This document shows positions 7,004-11,010 of a DNA stretch of 11,010 nucleotides, in pieces. The notes beneath the pieces are model-generated. The model was not told the origin of the DNA. It saw only the letters and a list, made by a program, of their open reading frames with translations, and did not search any database. The position numbers and the translations under genes are program-made. Positions within the stretch are counted from its first letter, which is position 1. Every line of letters begins with the position of its first letter. This DNA is from a virus (Duplodnaviria > Heunggongvirae > Uroviricota > Caudoviricetes): IMG/VR virus record IMGVR_UViG_2681813236_000014, positions 1-11,010 of that record, one strand, 5' to 3'.

Positions 7004-7717
7004 TTAGTTAGTTTTGAAAAATTTATTGAATAACTCTAAGCTTTCAGGATGTATATATTGAGTAGGGTAACTGATACGTTGTGAGCGTCCAATTTTTATT
7101 GTGTTTTTTTTCGTCTTCCCAAAAAATAGATTCTTCCATGTTAAAATGTTTCCGTGATTATATTTATTGTCTTTTAATCGCTTTTCCAAATAACCATCTG
7201 TGATTTTATATTTATGTGGCGGTACATTCCTTGAGTGCTCAATTTTCCGTAATTCTACTTCTAGCATATCTATTAGCTCACCTTTAGGGGTTTTGAGTTG
7301 ATAATTTAGTAAGCGGCAGTATCTGCGTAATTCCCATACAGTTCTATCTAATGTAATAATTTCAAACCCATTAGTATACATGACTTTTTGGAAGTATCTA
7401 TTTGGTCCTTGGTCATTTAGATACTCTATGAAATATATGCTTTTATCACTCAGATCTAGTTTAATATATGGAATATCATTAATTTTTTTAATTCCTGCAA
7501 CAAGATCATGTCCAATATTTTTAACAGGGATTCTATTAAAAATAAGAATGCATTTTATATATTTTTCAATTGCTTGTTGAGACATCCATAAAAATTGGAA
7601 AGGAAGATTGTTTTTAAAGCAAATACGAGCAGTTAGATAATCTTGATCAGCCATGTCTCTGAAAGATCTTTTAGCCGCATTATTCAGAAAAATTTTTTGA
7701 GTATCAGTAAGTTCCAT
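7004..7717 (-). CDS. AT-rich cargo protein with HEPN-like N-terminal domain (237 aa); candidate RNase-type defense/abortive-infection effector
   Basis: RBS AGGAAG; N-terminal helices with HEPN-like pattern (AAKRSFRDMADQDYLTARI...QQAIEKYIKCIL...NIGHDLVAGIKKI); roughly 30% GC by eye versus ~50% in flanks; opposite strand to surrounding island genes. Confidence 0.7.
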   Translation of the reverse strand: MELTDTQKIFLNNAAKRSFRDMADQDYLTARICFKNNLPFQFLWMSQQAIEKYIKCILIFNRIPVKNIGHDLVAGIKKINDIPYIKLDLSDKSIYFIEYLNDQGPNRYFQKVMYTNGFEIITLDRTVWELRRYCRLLNYQLKTPKGELIDMLEVELRKIEHSRNVPPHKYKITDGYLEKRLKDNKYNHGNILTWKNLFFGKTKKNTIKIGRSQRISYPTQYIHPESLELFNKFFKTN

Positions 7718-7863
7718 TCTCTTCCTGTGTCAGTGGTTGCAAGTGATTAGAAGATACAAGACATGATAAAGATTATAAATCGATTTTTATGGTAAAAATA
7801 TGTTTATTTACCACTTTTGTAGATCGATACTATGTATAGTTTAGTCAGTCAGAGGAAGTTGTT

Positions 7864-8073
7864 GTGAGTTGTATTAATGACCTGAACACAGGCGATATCA
7901 GAGGCGGTTCCGTTCATCTGGATGCGCAGACCGTTATGCGCCTTAAGCAGTACAGGATCGACCATATAAATCATCATCCTGACCAACCATTACCAGGTGT
8001 GGCGCAGATTGTCAGGCATGCCGTAAACGCCTGGCTTAATCAGAGTGGTTTTGCATCGGAGAGTGAGCAATGA
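7864..8073 (+). CDS. Hypothetical small protein (69 aa, GTG start) preceding the capsid gene
   Basis: RBS AGAGGAAG 5 nt before the GTG; stop overlaps the next ATG (ATGA); function not assignable. Confidence 0.5.
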   Translation: MSCINDLNTGDIRGGSVHLDAQTVMRLKQYRIDHINHHPDQPLPGVAQIVRHAVNAWLNQSGFASESEQ

Positions 8074-9983
8074 ATCACTGGTACACCATTAAGGCGGCGG
8101 ATGTTCGCGGAGCGGCGGATATATCTATCTATGAGGAGATTGGCGGCTTCGGTGTTACTGCAAAGCAGTTCGCGGAAGACCTGAAAGCCCTTGGCGATGT
8201 TTCACATATCAATCTGAGGATCCATTCACCAGGTGGTGATGTGTTTGAAGGCATCGCCATCTATAACCTGCTACGGAATCATCCGGCAGACATTACGGTT
8301 TATATCGATGGTGTTGCGGCTTCAATGGCTTCGGTTGTCGCAATGGCTGGCGATCGTGTTGTTATGCCGGAGAACGCCATGATGATGATCCATAAGCCGT
8401 GGGGTATCTCTGGCGGAAATGCTGGCGATATGCGTGATTATGCTGATTTGCTGGATAAGGTGGAAACCGTGTTAATCCCTGCTTATGCCAGAAAAACGGG
8501 CAAATCAGCACAGGAAATTACCGCCATGCTGGAGGATGAAACCTGGATGGATGGGAAAGAATGCCTTAAGCACGGTTTTGCTGATGAATTGTTGCCATCC
8601 GTCAGAGCAATGGCGCGAATTGAATCGAAACGCACAGGAGATTTTTTACATATGCCGGAAACCATTAAAGGAATGATTACACCGCCACAGGGAGCGGCAA
8701 ATATTGCTGGTAATGAACAGAAGCGCATCAATGGAATAAGTGAAGTGTTTAGCTTGTTCGGCAGTCGTTACGACGGGATCAAAATGGCGTGTCTGGAAGA
8801 TGCATCATGTACACCGGAAATGGCCCGTGAAAAGCTGTTGAACGAGCTGGGGCGCGAGTCCACGCCATCCAATAAAAATACCTCGCCTCATATCTATGCC
8901 GGAAACGGAAACATAACAGGTGATGCAATTCGTCAGGGGCTTTATTCCCGTCTTGGGTATGAACGCCCTGAACGAGGCAACCCTTACGCGATGATGAGCC
9001 TTTTTGAAATGGCCCAGGCATCACTGGTTGATCGTGGTATCACTGTGAGCGGTTTTATTAATCGCTCGCAGGTTGTTAATGCGGCTTTTACACACAGCAG
9101 CAGCGATTTTTCTCATATTCTGGCTGGTGGCGCTGAGAAATCAGTACTGAAAGGCTGGCAGGACAGCGGCGAAACGTTCCAGAAATGGACGCGTACCGGT
9201 TCGCTTTCAAACTTTCATGAAGCAAAGCGCGTTGGTCTGAATGGTTTTTCAAAGCTGGATAAAGTACCGGAAGGCGCGGAATATAAATACATCACCACTA
9301 GCGATAAAGGTGTACCTATTGCGCTGGCCACGTACGGGAATATTTTTTCCGTTACCCGTCAGGCCATTATCAACGATGACCTGACCCAGTTAACTACAAT
9401 CCCCATGGCGATGGGACGCGCAGCTGCCAGAACAGTTGGCAATCTGGTTTATCTCCTGTTAACCAGCAACGGCAAGTTTACGGATGGTAAAGCGTTATTC
9501 CATGCCGATCATAAAAATCTTATTGCGAAGGATATGGACATGGAGGGGCTTAACGAAGCCCGTAAGCTGATGCGCCTCCAGGAAGACGCTAACGGCGATT
9601 CGCTGAATATTACCCCCGCATTTGTCCTGGTCCCCGCCGCGCTGGAGTCTGCCGCACATCGCGCCATTCTGTCATCGTCATCACTCTTTCCGGTTGATGG
9701 CGTGGGCACTATCAATCAGAACCCCGGCATCATTAACGTGGTGAAAGATATGGCGGAGGTAATCGTTGAGCCACGTCTTGATAAAGCCAATAACAAGGAG
9801 TGGTATGTGGCAGCGGCGAAGGGTATGGACACGATAGAGGTCGCTTATCTTGATGGTATTGATACGCCATATCTTGAGGAGCAGGAGGGCTTTACTGTTG
9901 ATGGCGTCGCCTGGAAGGTGCGCATAGATGCAGGTGTCGCGGCCCTCGACTATCGCGGATTACTGAAATCGAGTGGAGCATGA
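8070..9983 (+). CDS. Prohead protease (ClpP/S14-like) fused to major capsid protein (637 aa)
   Basis: N-terminus has ClpP-like motifs (IHSPGGDV, GVAASMASVVAMAGD, MMIHKPWG). C-terminal ~400 aa resemble phage major head proteins (DGKALFHADHKN recalls Mu gpT-like DGKPFFAADHP). Strong RBS; intrinsic terminator immediately downstream. Confidence 0.85.
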   Translation: MNHWYTIKAADVRGAADISIYEEIGGFGVTAKQFAEDLKALGDVSHINLRIHSPGGDVFEGIAIYNLLRNHPADITVYIDGVAASMASVVAMAGDRVVMPENAMMMIHKPWGISGGNAGDMRDYADLLDKVETVLIPAYARKTGKSAQEITAMLEDETWMDGKECLKHGFADELLPSVRAMARIESKRTGDFLHMPETIKGMITPPQGAANIAGNEQKRINGISEVFSLFGSRYDGIKMACLEDASCTPEMAREKLLNELGRESTPSNKNTSPHIYAGNGNITGDAIRQGLYSRLGYERPERGNPYAMMSLFEMAQASLVDRGITVSGFINRSQVVNAAFTHSSSDFSHILAGGAEKSVLKGWQDSGETFQKWTRTGSLSNFHEAKRVGLNGFSKLDKVPEGAEYKYITTSDKGVPIALATYGNIFSVTRQAIINDDLTQLTTIPMAMGRAAARTVGNLVYLLLTSNGKFTDGKALFHADHKNLIAKDMDMEGLNEARKLMRLQEDANGDSLNITPAFVLVPAALESAAHRAILSSSSLFPVDGVGTINQNPGIINVVKDMAEVIVEPRLDKANNKEWYVAAAKGMDTIEVAYLDGIDTPYLEEQEGFTVDGVAWKVRIDAGVAALDYRGLLKSSGA

Positions 9984-9989
9984 CAACAA

Positions 9990-10013
9990 GGGCGGCGATA
10001 GCCGCCTTTTTTT
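9990..10013 (+). terminator. Rho-independent terminator after the capsid gene
   Basis: Stem GGCGGC/GCCGCC (9991-9996, 10001-10006), loop GATA, followed by T7 (10007-10013). Confidence 0.7.
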
Positions 10014-10061
10014 ACGGGTCCTCCCGGTGGGGTGGTCTGCCACGGGGCGGGAGCGGCGCGG
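10014..10061. other. Lambda-like cos site (cosQ/cosN-homologous segment); candidate 12-nt cohesive end GGGCGGGAGCGG at 10045-10056
   Basis: ACGGGTCCTCCCGGTG...ACGGGGCGGGAGCGGCGCGG aligns with the recalled lambda junction ACGGGTCCTTTCCGGTGATCCGACAGGTTACG|GGGCGGCGACCT|CGCGGG; the terS start lies ~196 bp downstream, as Nu1 does in lambda. Confidence 0.6.
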
Positions 10062-10240
10062 AAAAAGGCTAGTTTTTGCATTTTCATTCGTCATCATCAT
10101 CTTCATATTGTATTGAATTTTAAGCATTTTTATTTTTGGTATGTTAATTTTACTTGTTTTATGCTCAACATATAGCGCATTTTTTGACCTCTTCTGAAAG
10201 TTGTTCGCAAGATGCATGTTTAAAACATTCTGGAGCGGGT

Positions 10241-10726
10241 ATGGATCGAGAACTGAAAAATCTGATGCTGAACATTAATCAACTGGCGGCGATAGCGGGA
10301 ATATGTCGTCAGACTGCGGCGGCAAGGCTGAAAAACATCCAGCCAGCCGGAGGGCATGACAAGCTGAAACTCTATCGGGTGACTGACATTCTGACCTGTT
10401 TTCTTGATCTTCCCGTTCCGGCATCACTGGAAGAAATGGAGCCACATGACCGTAAGGCCTGGTATCAGTCCGAACGTGAACGCCTCAAGTTCGAACAGGA
10501 AACGGCGCAACTCATACCCGCCGATGATGTGCGAAAAGAGATGGCTATATGGGGGGAAATCGTAAGCGAGGAACTGGCAAAACTCCCCAATATTCTGGCA
10601 CGTGATGCCGGGCTTAAACCGATGGCAGTAAACAGAGTGCAGTCAATTATTGACGATTTGTGTAATCAGATTATCAGCCGGATGGTAAAAAATGACGTAG
10701 TGAATGAGGTCGCAAAACAGGCATGA
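10241..10726 (+). CDS. Small terminase subunit, Nu1-like (161 aa)
   Basis: RBS GGAG 7 nt before the ATG at 10241 (the ORF-track start at 10154 lies inside the cos region and lacks an RBS). N-terminal HTH (LNINQLAAIAGICRQTAAARLKN) and overall layout resemble lambda Nu1; immediately downstream of cos. Confidence 0.72.
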   Translation: MDRELKNLMLNINQLAAIAGICRQTAAARLKNIQPAGGHDKLKLYRVTDILTCFLDLPVPASLEEMEPHDRKAWYQSERERLKFEQETAQLIPADDVRKEMAIWGEIVSEELAKLPNILARDAGLKPMAVNRVQSIIDDLCNQIISRMVKNDVVNEVAKQA

Positions 10727-11010
10727 TAATGACCGAATCTGAAATACTGCGATTAATCCGCTGTGCTGGTGGAATCAGCCAGTTGGCTGACGAACAGGCC
10801 GCGCAGCCGGATACAGTCACCGCTGAAAATTACGCGCGTGTGGTGGCTGAGGTGATGCGCCGTGACGGTATTGAGCTTAACGGCGTGGATATGCGCAACA
10901 TACGAACCAGAGTTCTTGAGTTGCTGGCATACCGTCGCCGTTCTCAACAACGGAGGGAGAGCGCGAAAAATACTTACCAGTGGAGGAAGCCGGAGCACTT
11001 ACGGCGGTAA
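10723..11010 (+). CDS. Hypothetical protein (95 aa) downstream of terS
   Basis: Start overlaps the terS stop (ATGA); stop at the window end; no recognisable motif. Confidence 0.45.
   Translation: MIMTESEILRLIRCAGGISQLADEQAAQPDTVTAENYARVVAEVMRRDGIELNGVDMRNIRTRVLELLAYRRRSQQRRESAKNTYQWRKPEHLRR

Larger units (their letters stand above)
535..11010. mobile_element. Integrated phage satellite / genomic island (PICI or capsid-forming PICI-like), left junction present, partial
   Basis: Break in thiM leader identity at 534/535, followed by int, alpA, P4-family primase, iteron origin, capsid protease-MCP, cos and terS. GC content alternates between core genes and AT-rich cargo. Confidence 0.75.

Noticed and set aside
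7380-7580. 66-aa plus-strand ORF inside the HEPN-like gene
   Set aside because: Antisense to the longer minus-strand ORF; hydrophobic low-complexity translation typical of reading AT-rich DNA in the wrong frame.
8483-9715. Short ORFs on both strands within the capsid gene
   Set aside because: Embedded in or antisense to the 637-aa protease-capsid frame with clear ClpP motifs.
9960-10217. 85-aa minus-strand ORF across the terminator and cos region
   Set aside because: Covers the terminator hairpin, the cos homology and AT-rich repeats; no RBS; the region is better explained as cis-acting DNA.
10154-10240. N-terminal extension of the terS ORF in the ORF track
   Set aside because: Would start inside the cos region without an RBS; the ATG at 10241 has a GGAG RBS and begins the Nu1-like HTH.
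10753-10998. 81-aa minus-strand ORF at the window end
   Set aside because: Antisense to the plus-strand ORF that is coupled to terS.

Overview
Enterobacterial (E. coli-type) chromosomal segment carrying the left end of an integrated phage-satellite-like island. The window opens in the rcnA-rcnR intergenic region (two RcnR operator C-tract sites), encodes RcnR (121-393), then the thiM promoter and the first ~50 nt of the thiM TPP riboswitch. The riboswitch is interrupted at ~534/535 by the island, which runs to the end of the window; the right junction is not present. Island content in order: P4-type tyrosine integrase; an AT-rich 284-aa cargo gene of unknown function; AlpA; a leftward ribbon-helix-helix regulator facing a rightward operon (small proteins plus P4-family primase/helicase) across an operator-rich divergent promoter; an iteron-type origin; an AT-rich reverse-strand cargo gene with a HEPN-like N-terminus; a ClpP-like prohead protease fused to a major capsid protein; an intrinsic terminator; a lambda-homologous cos site; and a Nu1-like small terminase. 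This architecture fits a capsid-forming PICI-type satellite. The best candidates for something undescribed are the two AT-rich cargo genes, especially the stand-alone HEPN-like protein. The insertion inside a riboswitch aptamer and the lambda-like cos/terS module are also notable. All family assignments are from reading the translations and from recalled reference sequences; no database search was run.
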